Origin: Vibrio phage nt-1
Strand: one strand, 5' to 3'
DNA: 24,000 bases
Sequence record: HQ317393.2
The notes beneath the pieces were generated by a model, which had not been told where the DNA came from, did not search any database, and worked only from the letters and a program-made list of their open reading frames with translations. How positions within the stretch are numbered: the first letter of the stretch is position 1; every line of letters starts with the position of its first letter. The position numbers and the translations under genes are program-made. Shown here in pieces: positions 7,218 through 15,793 of the stretch.

Positions 7218-8117
7218 ATGAATAACTACTTGCAACTATGCACTGAAATCCTCAATGAAGGTGATTTGCTTGAGAATCGTACTGGTACTAAAACTCTTAG
7301 TGTAATTTCGCGTGATCTTCGCTGGGATTTATCGAAAGGTTTCCCGCTACTGACGACTAAGAAAATGGCAACAAAAGCTATTTTCGGTGAGCTTCTATGG
7401 TTTTTGAGTGGTTCTGGCTTGATTAGCGACTTGCGCAAATACACTGAGTTATCAGACGACGATTTCTGCATTTGGCAGCAAAATCTCGATGAGTTAAACG
7501 AGCGTGCAAAGAAAGCAGGTATTGTTAGAAACGAAGACGATCTTGGTTATGTTTACGGTAAAGTATGGCGCAAGCGTCTATCTGTCACTGCTGACAAAGA
7601 AGTAACTGAGTTCGACCAGATTCATCAATTGCTGTGCGATATTGCAGCGGTAAAAGAAGATCCGACGCAAGGTGCGCAACGTCGTATGCTAGTAGAAGCA
7701 TGGGACCCGTACTTTCATACTGAAAGCAACTCACTTGACGTAGCGTTACCGCCATGTCACTACGGCTTTCAAGTATTCGTGCGTAATGGTAAGATCAGTC
7801 TGAAATGGCAACAACGTTCAGTTGACACATTCTTGGGTCTCCCGTTCAATATCGCATCTTATGCACTATTAGTTCACATTCTTGCACAGTTAACTGGCTT
7901 GAAAGTAGGTGAATTGATTTTCTCTGGTGGTGATGTTCATCTTTACGAAGATCACGTGATTCAAGTTCTACAGCAAATACGTCGTGAACCGCGTAAGCTG
8001 CCGCAAATTGAATTGCCTGAATTTGATACGTTGTCACAACTGTTGACTAAACGTGCAAGTGATTTCGTAATTTACGACTACGACCCATACCCGGCACTGA
8101 AAGGTAAAATGTCATGA
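7218..8117 (+). CDS. td: Thymidylate synthase
   Basis: ENRTGTKTLS, FPLLTTKK, FGELLWFLSG, ALPPCHYGFQVFV, QQRSVDTFLGLPFNIASYALL, GDVHLYEDH. ATG 7218; the track begins at TTG 7215. Confidence 0.97.
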   Translation: MNNYLQLCTEILNEGDLLENRTGTKTLSVISRDLRWDLSKGFPLLTTKKMATKAIFGELLWFLSGSGLISDLRKYTELSDDDFCIWQQNLDELNERAKKAGIVRNEDDLGYVYGKVWRKRLSVTADKEVTEFDQIHQLLCDIAAVKEDPTQGAQRRMLVEAWDPYFHTESNSLDVALPPCHYGFQVFVRNGKISLKWQQRSVDTFLGLPFNIASYALLVHILAQLTGLKVGELIFSGGDVHLYEDHVIQVLQQIRREPRKLPQIELPEFDTLSQLLTKRASDFVIYDYDPYPALKGKMS

Positions 8118-8311
8118 TCAGTAAAACAGATTATTTTGATTTGAAAGTAGGTACGCCAATCATTGTGATTGAGCGTATTGACACTATTGACGGCGAGCTT
8201 CTAAAGCTCCCGTTTAGTAAAGTTGTTGCAGCAGACGATCCAGAAATCGGATACGCACTAGCTGACGGCAAAATCCACTATCTTTTTGACTTTGAAATTG
8301 GGGAACGCTAA
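8114..8311 (+). CDS. Hypothetical phage protein
   Basis: 65-aa ORF, ATGA coupled. Confidence 0.7.
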   Translation: MISKTDYFDLKVGTPIIVIERIDTIDGELLKLPFSKVVAADDPEIGYALADGKIHYLFDFEIGER

Positions 8312-8601
8312 TGGCACTGCATATTTACGTAGAAGTAGACACCAACGACGGTGATTACGTTGGTACGCTGACTGCTGCATCAAGTGAAGAAATCGAACGA
8401 TTTGAAACGCTTGTACACAAGTCTGGCGATAGTCTAGCAAGCTGGACAGAAGGCGAATGTCAAGAGCGCCCGAATTCAGAAGTATATCCTGAGTTCAGCG
8501 AAAATGACATTGAGTTCATTGCTGACAAAATGCCTTACTGTGAATACGGGTTTCACACAGTTGAAGTAATTAAAATCGTGGACGTGTTGAATACATTATG
8601 A
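8311..8601 (+). CDS. Hypothetical acidic phage protein
   Basis: 96-aa ORF coupled to neighbours. Confidence 0.75.
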   Translation: MALHIYVEVDTNDGDYVGTLTAASSEEIERFETLVHKSGDSLASWTEGECQERPNSEVYPEFSENDIEFIADKMPYCEYGFHTVEVIKIVDVLNTL

Positions 8602-8921
8602 TTAATGAAGTACTAGAAGTAAGTAAGCGCGTCGATAACGGTCGTTGTGTTCGTGATGTATTGGCGAGCGCCGTTGAAGAGCAAGGCGAACTTGCAACTG
8701 AAGTTCGCATCAAGTACGGTACATCGTACAAAACTGCTGATGTTGATGGTATCATCGGTGAAGCGGTAGACGGCATTTTGTGTCTACTCGACTTGATTTA
8801 TGTCGATAATCCAGACGTAACAGAAGCTGAAATCATGCAAGTTGTTCGCACTAAGCTCGCCAAATGGGAGCGCAAAGAAAGCGAACATAAACTCAAACAA
8901 ACTGAAGAAATGGTGAAATAA
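8598..8921 (+). CDS. MazG-like NTP pyrophosphohydrolase
   Basis: AVEEQGELATEV…GIIGEAVDGILCLLDLIY: EExxE…ExxD-type helical MazG signature. Confidence 0.65.
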   Translation: MINEVLEVSKRVDNGRCVRDVLASAVEEQGELATEVRIKYGTSYKTADVDGIIGEAVDGILCLLDLIYVDNPDVTEAEIMQVVRTKLAKWERKESEHKLKQTEEMVK

Positions 8922-9218
8922 ATGACACAACGTTACTCTTTTGAAGAAATTCTTGGTGAAGACTACGAAGAAAAAGATTACCTTGACTTTCTATTGGACG
9001 GTTATGGTGATTATGGCGACGCGAAATTAGTAGACCAAGACGGTGGTGGCGAAGGCGGCTCAGAATACTGTTACTCAATTATTGAGAAAGCCGGTCGATT
9101 CTTCAAGACTGAATACAGCTACTACAGCTACCATGGTTACGACAACTACGGTGATCACTTCGTTGAAGTTTACCCAAAGAAAGTTACAATCACGCAGTAC
9201 GTGAGCACTCCTCAGTAA
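8922..9218 (+). CDS. Hypothetical acidic Tyr/Gly-rich protein
   Basis: 98-aa ORF; TAATG overlap with the next gene. Confidence 0.7.
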   Translation: MTQRYSFEEILGEDYEEKDYLDFLLDGYGDYGDAKLVDQDGGGEGGSEYCYSIIEKAGRFFKTEYSYYSYHGYDNYGDHFVEVYPKKVTITQYVSTPQ

Positions 9219-9979
9219 TGCGTATTGTTGTCGGGTCAACTGCGTTGCATCATAATGGTATTCGACTGCGTAAGACCATTAAAGATCTAGATGTATTCGT
9301 AGACTCTCCCGACTCGGCTAACGACGGGGATGATTTCATTGTCATTCCCGTCGAAATCTTGCAGATGTTCGACGGTGAGATAGCAACTGCTGACGAAGTT
9401 TACACGATTAAGTGCAGTCATCTTGGATGGGATGAGCATAAAGTCGGGTATAGTCAGTTTGGTGGGTCAACATTGTGGGACAAGCATAAGCGTGATGTTA
9501 TCGCGCTATCACGATTCTGCAAGATTAAGCCTGAGCTATACGCAGCGTTGACCAATCACTGGCGAAGTGAACTTGGAAATAAAGATTATCTGTCATTGAA
9601 CAAAGATGCAGATGATTTCTTTAATGACAAGGTTCGATACGTGTACGACCACGATGAACTACATCGAATGGTTGCTGCGCCAAATCGCCCGTTGTATGAG
9701 AAAATTCTCAAAGACGAATGTGATGTATTAGTCAGTAAAGAAAAGTTCGAACAGTTGTCATTCGAAGACAAAATCAATTTGTTTCACGAAGAAATTACAG
9801 TTATTGCCATTGAGCGTTACATCGTTCATGGTATGATGCCGTTGAATGCGTGGAATCATGCGTTGAAGAAGACAATTACGAGACTTACCAAGAACTGGGC
9901 ATGTGATTTCATTTGTGCAAACATGAGTCATTACATAAAGCCGAAATACAATTTGAATATTTTAGAAGAAAAGGGTTGA
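9218..9979 (+). CDS. Nucleotidyltransferase-fold-like phage protein (putative)
   Basis: VVGSTAL…KDLDVFVD resembles the GS…DxD motif of MNT-type nucleotidyltransferases; 253 aa. Confidence 0.55.
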   Translation: MRIVVGSTALHHNGIRLRKTIKDLDVFVDSPDSANDGDDFIVIPVEILQMFDGEIATADEVYTIKCSHLGWDEHKVGYSQFGGSTLWDKHKRDVIALSRFCKIKPELYAALTNHWRSELGNKDYLSLNKDADDFFNDKVRYVYDHDELHRMVAAPNRPLYEKILKDECDVLVSKEKFEQLSFEDKINLFHEEITVIAIERYIVHGMMPLNAWNHALKKTITRLTKNWACDFICANMSHYIKPKYNLNILEEKG

Positions 9980-9997
9980 CAGATGTCAGCCCTTTTT
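9966..9997 (+). repeat. 32-bp repeat copy 1: terminator hairpin with embedded TTGACA
   Basis: AAGAAAAGGGTTGACAGATGTCAGCCCTTTTT, identical at 18228-18259. Confidence 0.95.
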
Positions 9998-9998
9998 T
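9969..9998 (+). terminator. Rho-independent terminator
   Basis: AAAAGGGTTGAC-AGAT-GTCAGCCCTTTT(TT), 12 bp with one T-G wobble. Confidence 0.85.
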
Positions 9999-10005
9999 GT
10001 ATTAT
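9976..10005 (+). promoter_or_regulatory. Sigma70-like promoter TTGACA-18-TATTAT overlapping the terminator
   Basis: -35 9976-9981 in the terminator stem/loop, -10 10000-10005; next ATG at 10047. Confidence 0.6.
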
Positions 10006-10046
10006 AGCTTTATCGAAACGACATCGACTAACAAAGAGAGAACATT

Positions 10047-10376
10047 ATGAATGACTTAACTAAATTCGACATCAGATTTTCTGAAATCAAAGTTGTTTAC
10101 TCTATCGGTGCAGAACACCAAAAAGTAGCAATGCGTATTGAAGATGGTACAATTATGTTGCATGAAGTTTTGTTCATTGATGCGAAAGGTTCATATTGTG
10201 AAACTCGTAAACTTTGGAGCACTAAAGTTGAAAAGAAATGTGCATGGCCAGGTTACGAATCAGCTCAATTAGTTGATAAAATCAAAGCAGCAGGTAAAGT
10301 GTCACTTCGTCACTGGCGTGCTGCATCTGAAGCAGATTACGAACTATTTCGTTTAACAGAAGCATTCGAGGGTTAA
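10047..10376 (+). CDS. Hypothetical phage protein
   Basis: 109 aa; AAAGAGAG upstream of the ATG. Confidence 0.8.
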   Translation: MNDLTKFDIRFSEIKVVYSIGAEHQKVAMRIEDGTIMLHEVLFIDAKGSYCETRKLWSTKVEKKCAWPGYESAQLVDKIKAAGKVSLRHWRAASEADYELFRLTEAFEG

Positions 10377-10378
10377 TC

Positions 10379-10783
10379 ATGACTGATATTTACGAAATGT
10401 GGGAAAAGAAAATCGAACGTCTTGGCGAAATGCACAAGAAAATCTATGACATGGGTCAGCTTGCTGCTGGTGACGAAGGCAAGTATATTTTCAAAACTGA
10501 AATGAAGCGTGAGCATCTATCACGCGAGATTTCGCATGATATTGACCACAAAGGCATAGACTTGCACCATCTTATGTACAAAGGGTTGTACGAGACGGCA
10601 CGCGAATATCAAGGTGCAATCATGATTTTCTGCAAAGAAATGCCGTTGAAACAGCGCCGAGAACTTTTCGACAAGATTCGCGCCGTGTTTAACATTGATG
10701 CTTATACAGACGAAGCATGGGAAAAGGTACTCAAGCAGTTCAAAGGTTCATTGGTAGACCAGGGATTCATGTCAGGAGAATAA
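10379..10783 (+). CDS. Hypothetical phage protein
   Basis: 134-aa ORF. Confidence 0.8.
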   Translation: MTDIYEMWEKKIERLGEMHKKIYDMGQLAAGDEGKYIFKTEMKREHLSREISHDIDHKGIDLHHLMYKGLYETAREYQGAIMIFCKEMPLKQRRELFDKIRAVFNIDAYTDEAWEKVLKQFKGSLVDQGFMSGE

Positions 10784-10785
10784 TT

Positions 10786-11493
10786 ATGAGCAGTTATAGT
10801 GTAAAGAAAGAAGAGTGTCAGAAACGTGGTATCGCGTTCAATTTCACTGAAGAGCAATGGAAAACATTACAAAACATGAAAAATGGTGGTCGTTGTGCAT
10901 ACACGAATCATCCATTCAAGTCAGGCTGTGTGAAAATGCGTGCGACTGTTGAGAGAATCGACGAGTCAATGCCATATGAACCGACGAACTGTGTTCTTGT
11001 GACTCAACTTGCGAACAATGTAAAGTGCAAATACATCGAGCAGAATCAGCCAATCAGCAGTGCCACACCAGAACAAGCGCACACACTGAAAACGATTAAG
11101 AAATTTCTTTCTGACAGCAAGCGTGTCAAGAGAGTCGTTCAATCATATGTTGACAAGTACAAAGGGTTGGTTATTGAAACACCAACGAGTGATTTAGACA
11201 TCACTAAACTATACGTGAAATATGCGACTGAAGCACAGCGCAAAGGTAAGCACTTTGAAATCACGATAGGTGACTTCAAACGCACTGTATCGCGTAAACA
11301 GTGTCAAGTCAGTAAAGTACTACTGCCTAGCATCAAACAGCGCGTAGTGCGCGTTATAGACGATTCTAAGCCTATTACACGTGACAACATTCAAGTAACG
11401 TCGCAGCAAATCGACGAGATCATGACTTCTATTGAAGAATTAGACATGACACCAGCGCAGAAACGCGCATTGATGAAAAACTTGGGGGCATAA
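10786..11493 (+). CDS. HNH-like (putative) phage protein
   Basis: CAYTNHPFKSG…ATVERIDESMPYEPTNCVLVTQLANNVKCKY resembles the ERID…GY…N…N..K core of HNH-type proteins. ATG 10786; the track extends to an upstream TTG. Confidence 0.4.
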   Translation: MSSYSVKKEECQKRGIAFNFTEEQWKTLQNMKNGGRCAYTNHPFKSGCVKMRATVERIDESMPYEPTNCVLVTQLANNVKCKYIEQNQPISSATPEQAHTLKTIKKFLSDSKRVKRVVQSYVDKYKGLVIETPTSDLDITKLYVKYATEAQRKGKHFEITIGDFKRTVSRKQCQVSKVLLPSIKQRVVRVIDDSKPITRDNIQVTSQQIDEIMTSIEELDMTPAQKRALMKNLGA

Positions 11494-11494
11494 T

Positions 11495-11749
11495 ATGGCT
11501 AAATTAGTAGAAGTTTACTCAACACCTGCAAAGAAAGTTAATATCGCTGGCGTCGAGCTAGTGGTAGAGAATCGATTCAATTACGTGACTATCGATCAAT
11601 CAGGCACTGTATGGGCTTATGAAGATTCCCCTAGTCTTTGCAACGATGGTGATGGTGCGTATTGGGATGTTTGGTCTGGTGAGTCTGATGGTATTGCGCA
11701 ATTCAGTGATGTGACTGAAGAAGAGTTCACTAAGTTATACGAGGTGTAA
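11495..11749 (+). CDS. Small acidic protein, tandem paralogue A
   Basis: 84 aa; similar to the 11751 product. Confidence 0.75.
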   Translation: MAKLVEVYSTPAKKVNIAGVELVVENRFNYVTIDQSGTVWAYEDSPSLCNDGDGAYWDVWSGESDGIAQFSDVTEEEFTKLYEV

Positions 11750-11750
11750 T

Positions 11751-12011
11751 GTGAGTAAATTATTAACAATGTACAAGGGTTGCATGACAGTTGTGATGGT
11801 TAGTGGTGTTCCATTAGTCGTCGATCATGAAACTGAATACGTAACTGTAGACCGAAACGGTTATGTCACTGGGTGGACTGATCGACCATACTTCGACGAA
11901 GAAGAGCAGACGTGGTCGTGTTTTGAGCTTTACGGTGAAGAGTGGCATTTAGCAACAATCTCAAATCCAACAAAAGAAGCAGTCGAAACGTTAATCGAGG
12001 TGTATCCATGA
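11751..12011 (+). CDS. Small acidic protein, tandem paralogue B (GTG start)
   Basis: 86 aa; aligns with the 11495 product. Confidence 0.75.
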   Translation: MSKLLTMYKGCMTVVMVSGVPLVVDHETEYVTVDRNGYVTGWTDRPYFDEEEQTWSCFELYGEEWHLATISNPTKEAVETLIEVYP

Positions 12012-12376
12012 ATGACATCATGCAAGAGCTTGCTAGAGAATATCGCAAATCTGATAAGCATAAGAAAGATCTACACTGTGACATCTTTCTAATCCCTTGT
12101 GACAAAGATGGTGACATTGAATCGAAATACATCAAAGAAACACTGCTTGGGGTGTATGACGAAATCAAACGTTTCACGGGTCTTAGTCACGATGAAGTCA
12201 AAGAATGGTTTAAAGAACAGCCGTGCGATACGTGGTTTGGTAAGAAAATCACACATGAAGAAAAAGTTTATCTTTCGTTTTACGTGCGATACGATATACC
12301 TAAGAGTATGTTAAAGACATACGACATGAACAATTGGACTCAGGGTCCCTCATTCAAAAATAAGGAAGTAACTTGA
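12008..12376 (+). CDS. Hypothetical phage protein
   Basis: ATG 12008 overlaps the upstream stop; the track's upstream extension would overlap paralogue B. Confidence 0.75.
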   Translation: MNDIMQELAREYRKSDKHKKDLHCDIFLIPCDKDGDIESKYIKETLLGVYDEIKRFTGLSHDEVKEWFKEQPCDTWFGKKITHEEKVYLSFYVRYDIPKSMLKTYDMNNWTQGPSFKNKEVT

Positions 12377-13134
12377 GAATTTTCATTTTTAGCGGTGCTG
12401 GTCTTGATGCAGAATCAGGTATCAGCACGTTTCGTGATGCAAATGGTTTGTGGGAAAATCACGACATTATGCAAGTGTGTAATATCAACACATTCCGTGA
12501 TAACTACGAACTGACTCACAAGTTTTACAATCAGCGCCGTAAGCAATTAGCAGATGTACACCCGAATTCAGCGCACTTCAAAATCGCTGAGCTTTGCGAG
12601 AAGTACGACGTTGATAACTACACTGCAAACGTCTCTGACTTACTAGAGCGTGCGGGTTGTAAAGACGTGAAGCACATTCACGGTGAACTGACTAAAATCG
12701 AGTTGGATTACGCTGACCGAGACGGTGTGACGATTGATATTGGTTATACTGAGCACAAGCTACGTGACCATCATTACGACAAACCAGCAGTTGTGTTCTT
12801 CAATGAAGGCGCACCGATGTATACTGAATTCTGGGGTGCAATTGACACTTTATTGCCAAGTGATATCGCGATTGTTGTTGGTTCGACGCTTGAGATCAAC
12901 CCAATTCACTGGGATTTAGGTACGACTGGTTGTAAATTTATCTTAATCAACCCGACTGGTATTGATACTGAAAAACATTCTGCGTTGAACGAAGCAATTC
13001 GCATGTGTGACGTATTCATCAACAAGCCAGCAACTGAGGCGTTCGATGAAATTGATAAGCACATTGAAGAACATATTTCTGTTCATTTTCCACATGGTCT
13101 CCCTGATCGCGGGAGCAATCGGGATAATTGTTAG
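12373..13134 (+). CDS. Sir2 (sirtuin)-like protein, TTG start
   Basis: FSGAGLDAESGISTFRDANGLW, NYTANVSDLLERAG, HIHGEL, VVFFNE, VVGSTLEINP; SD AAGGAAG 5 nt before the TTG. Confidence 0.85.
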   Translation: MRIFIFSGAGLDAESGISTFRDANGLWENHDIMQVCNINTFRDNYELTHKFYNQRRKQLADVHPNSAHFKIAELCEKYDVDNYTANVSDLLERAGCKDVKHIHGELTKIELDYADRDGVTIDIGYTEHKLRDHHYDKPAVVFFNEGAPMYTEFWGAIDTLLPSDIAIVVGSTLEINPIHWDLGTTGCKFILINPTGIDTEKHSALNEAIRMCDVFINKPATEAFDEIDKHIEEHISVHFPHGLPDRGSNRDNC

Positions 13135-13276
13135 TGGTAGTGGCGCTGTTGCAGCTTTTGTAGCAGCGTTTTTACTCATTCTAGATAAGTTGTATATTTT
13201 AGCAGTATGCGCGTCTATACTAGGTGCATTGCTGACGTACTGCTATATTAAATTGAGTGAGGAACAAAATGTCTAA
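13094..13276 (+). CDS. Small membrane protein
   Basis: Two hydrophobic segments, LIAGAIGIIVSGSGAVAAFVAAFLLIL and YILAVCASILGALLTYCYI. Confidence 0.6.
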   Translation: MVSLIAGAIGIIVSGSGAVAAFVAAFLLILDKLYILAVCASILGALLTYCYIKLSEEQNV

Positions 13277-15062
13277 GCAAGACGCATTTCAAATTTTATC
13301 AGACAAACAACACGTGCTTAAACGTCCCGGTATGTATATCGGATCGGTTGACAGAGAAGCACATGACAGATTTGTATTAGGCGAATACAAGCAAATCGAA
13401 TACGTCCCAGGTCTTGTTAAGATCATCAACGAAGTTATTGACAACTCATTAGATGAAGCGATTCGTACGAAATTCAAATTCGCAAACATCATCGAAGTTA
13501 AGATCGAAGGCAATAGAATCACTGTCAGCGATAACGGTCGAGGTATTCCACAAGACACAGTAATCGATCCACAAGGCAATGAACTTCTTAGACCAGAAGC
13601 TGCATGGACTCGAACTAAAGCAGGTAGTAACTTCGAAGACGACAGAACAACAGTCGGTATGAACGGTGTTGGTGCTGCGTTGACAAACTACTTCAGTCAT
13701 CAATTCATTGGTAAAACGTGTGACAGCAAAAACACAGTGACAGTAAGTTGTTCGAACAACGCTGATCGTATTTTTGTTCGTACGATGAAAGGTGGTACGC
13801 AAGGCACATCAGTTGAGTTCATTCCTGATTTCAATCGATTTGGTGTATTTGGTATTTCACCACAAGACGAAGAGATAATCAAAGATCGACTTGCGTCATT
13901 ATCTGTTGCATTCCCTGAGATCACATTCAAGTACAACGGGAAGAAGCACGCTCCAACATTGAAGCAATACGCAAAAATGTTCGGTACTGATGTTGCATTT
14001 GAATTTGATGACGTTGCGATTTTTATTGCAGCATCTGACGAGTTCAGACACAACAGCTTTATCAACGGTGTGAATACGAAGAACGGTGGTACTCACGTTG
14101 ATTACTTTTCAAATAAGTTAGCTGATGAGCTAATCCCGATGATCAAGCGTAAGCACAAAATCACAGTGCCTAAGCCACAGTTGAAAAACGGCTTGACAAT
14201 TGGGTTGTTTATTCGTAACTTTGTAGATCCTAAGTTCGACAGTCAGACGAAAGAGCGTCTAACAAGTTCGCAAGGTGAAGTTTCACCATACTTGAAAGAC
14301 ATCGATTACGATAAGATTGCTAAGAAGATTCTAGCAGATGATGATATCATCATGCCGATCATCGAAGCATTGCTTGCAAAGCAACAAGCAGCAGAAGCAC
14401 GCGAGTTAGCACGTAAGCAAAAGAAAGCTCAAACTGCTAAAGTTGCAGATCATATCAAAGCGTCGATGCCTGGCGGAACATTGTTCTTGACTGAAGGTAA
14501 GTCAGCGATTGGTTATTTGATCAAAGTACGTGACAGTAAGAAACATGGTGGTATTCCTCTACGTGGTAAAGTACTGAGCACTTGGGGCAAGCGTCCCGCT
14601 GAGATTATGAAGAACAAAGAGCTGAGTGATATCATGTCTGTATTGGGTCTTCAGCTTGGCAATGACGACATTCGAGATATGTACTATCATGATATTGGCA
14701 TTTTAGTAGATGCTGATGTTGATGGTAAAGGTTCGATTTTCCCATTGTTGCTTGCGTTTTTCTACAATTGGCCAGAGCTATATAAACAGAAGCGAATCAA
14801 ATTTGTACGCACACCTGTTGTAATCGCCGCGAATAAGAAAGACACTAAGTGGTTCTACTCTCTTGAAGAGTATCGCAAAGCGAAGTTGGGAAGTACATGG
14901 AAGATTCGATACATCAAGGGTCTGGGTTCTCTCACTGAGAAAGAATACAAGCGAGTTATCAACGAGCCAGTATTTGACGAAATTGTAATTGACGATCCAG
15001 ATTTGTTTGAATTGTTGTTCGGTGATGATGCCGACAGACGTAAGGATTGGATGACCCAATGA
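13269..15062 (+). CDS. 39: DNA topoisomerase II large subunit (T4 gp39/gp60 equivalent, unsplit)
   Basis: KRPGMYIGS, NEVIDNSLDEA, VSDNGRGIP, GMNGVGAALTNYFS, TOPRIM EGKSA and DADVDGKGS. ATG 13269 with GAGG SD. Confidence 0.93.
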   Translation: MSKQDAFQILSDKQHVLKRPGMYIGSVDREAHDRFVLGEYKQIEYVPGLVKIINEVIDNSLDEAIRTKFKFANIIEVKIEGNRITVSDNGRGIPQDTVIDPQGNELLRPEAAWTRTKAGSNFEDDRTTVGMNGVGAALTNYFSHQFIGKTCDSKNTVTVSCSNNADRIFVRTMKGGTQGTSVEFIPDFNRFGVFGISPQDEEIIKDRLASLSVAFPEITFKYNGKKHAPTLKQYAKMFGTDVAFEFDDVAIFIAASDEFRHNSFINGVNTKNGGTHVDYFSNKLADELIPMIKRKHKITVPKPQLKNGLTIGLFIRNFVDPKFDSQTKERLTSSQGEVSPYLKDIDYDKIAKKILADDDIIMPIIEALLAKQQAAEARELARKQKKAQTAKVADHIKASMPGGTLFLTEGKSAIGYLIKVRDSKKHGGIPLRGKVLSTWGKRPAEIMKNKELSDIMSVLGLQLGNDDIRDMYYHDIGILVDADVDGKGSIFPLLLAFFYNWPELYKQKRIKFVRTPVVIAANKKDTKWFYSLEEYRKAKLGSTWKIRYIKGLGSLTEKEYKRVINEPVFDEIVIDDPDLFELLFGDDADRRKDWMTQ

Positions 15063-15289
15063 TTACAGCAAAAGAAGCACGAGCACGCAGGAAGTCCCTT
15101 CCTGCTGCTGTTCAAAGCGCACTAGATGACTTGAATTTAGCGATTCAAGTCGCTTCTTCTAGTAAGAATAGTGTAATGTACAAAACTGACAAACTGACAT
15201 CGAATGAACGAGACTTGTTGAGAAATAAACTCATTAGTCTTGGTTATGATGCATTTATCGTCGGTGAGAAACTAGAGGTTGTGTGGTGA
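15059..15289 (+). CDS. MITA-type small protein, copy 1
   Basis: MITAKEARARR…GYDAFIVGEKLEVVW; parallels the 16177 product. Confidence 0.75.
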   Translation: MITAKEARARRKSLPAAVQSALDDLNLAIQVASSSKNSVMYKTDKLTSNERDLLRNKLISLGYDAFIVGEKLEVVW

Positions 15290-15504
15290 TGAGCAATTTT
15301 GTAAGAACAACAGAAGACATGTGTCGCGACTTTCGCGCTGAGTTAAATCAAGCTGCGTGTTCAAGTTCTGACTACTATCTCGTTCAGTTATATGCTGCAT
15401 TTTTAACATTTGGATTTGCATGTCAAATCGCGATATTCATTGCATTTTATGTTGCTTTTTGCATACCAACAACTGCATTGGCTCGCTTGTTTGGGATTAA
15501 ATAA
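15289..15504 (+). CDS. Small membrane protein
   Basis: ATG 15289 overlaps TGA; hydrophobic LYAAFLTFGFACQIAIFIAFYVAFCI. Confidence 0.65.
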   Translation: MSNFVRTTEDMCRDFRAELNQAACSSSDYYLVQLYAAFLTFGFACQIAIFIAFYVAFCIPTTALARLFGIK

Positions 15505-15522
15505 CAGACGGAGGTGGCAATT

Positions 15523-15783
15523 ATGCTAAAGTCTTTTATTGAACTAAACGAAATGACATACCAAGAGTTGCGTGATCTCACGATCAATGAGATTCACGCA
15601 CTTGTTAAGAAGCTGAAGCGACAGCTTCCTAAAGAGTACAAAGACATTATCGATCTACTTGAACCAGACATGTACGAAGATCTGATTGCAGAAATCGCAT
15701 ATGATGGTGGGTTGAAAGGTAAGAAATTTACAAATTTGAAGATCCCGAAGCGAATCTTAGATAGGTACGCCGACTACTTTTGA
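15523..15783 (+). CDS. Hypothetical phage protein
   Basis: ATG 15523 preceded by GGAGGT. Confidence 0.75.
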   Translation: MLKSFIELNEMTYQELRDLTINEIHALVKKLKRQLPKEYKDIIDLLEPDMYEDLIAEIAYDGGLKGKKFTNLKIPKRILDRYADYF

Positions 15784-15793
15784 GAGAAATATT

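Noticed and set aside
12099-12314. 71-aa plus ORF inside 12008-12376 and 103-aa minus ORF 11866-12177
   Set aside because: Embedded in a coupled gene series, no independent initiation signals.
13007-13093. N-terminal extension of the small membrane ORF from 13007
   Set aside because: The extension overlaps the sirtuin-like gene extensively; ATG 13094 gives a cleaner membrane protein.
13449-13802. Antisense 117-aa and 96-aa ORFs opposite the topoisomerase gene
   Set aside because: Fully embedded opposite a clear gyrB-type coding region, with no SD, promoter or family motifs; typical mirror ORFs.
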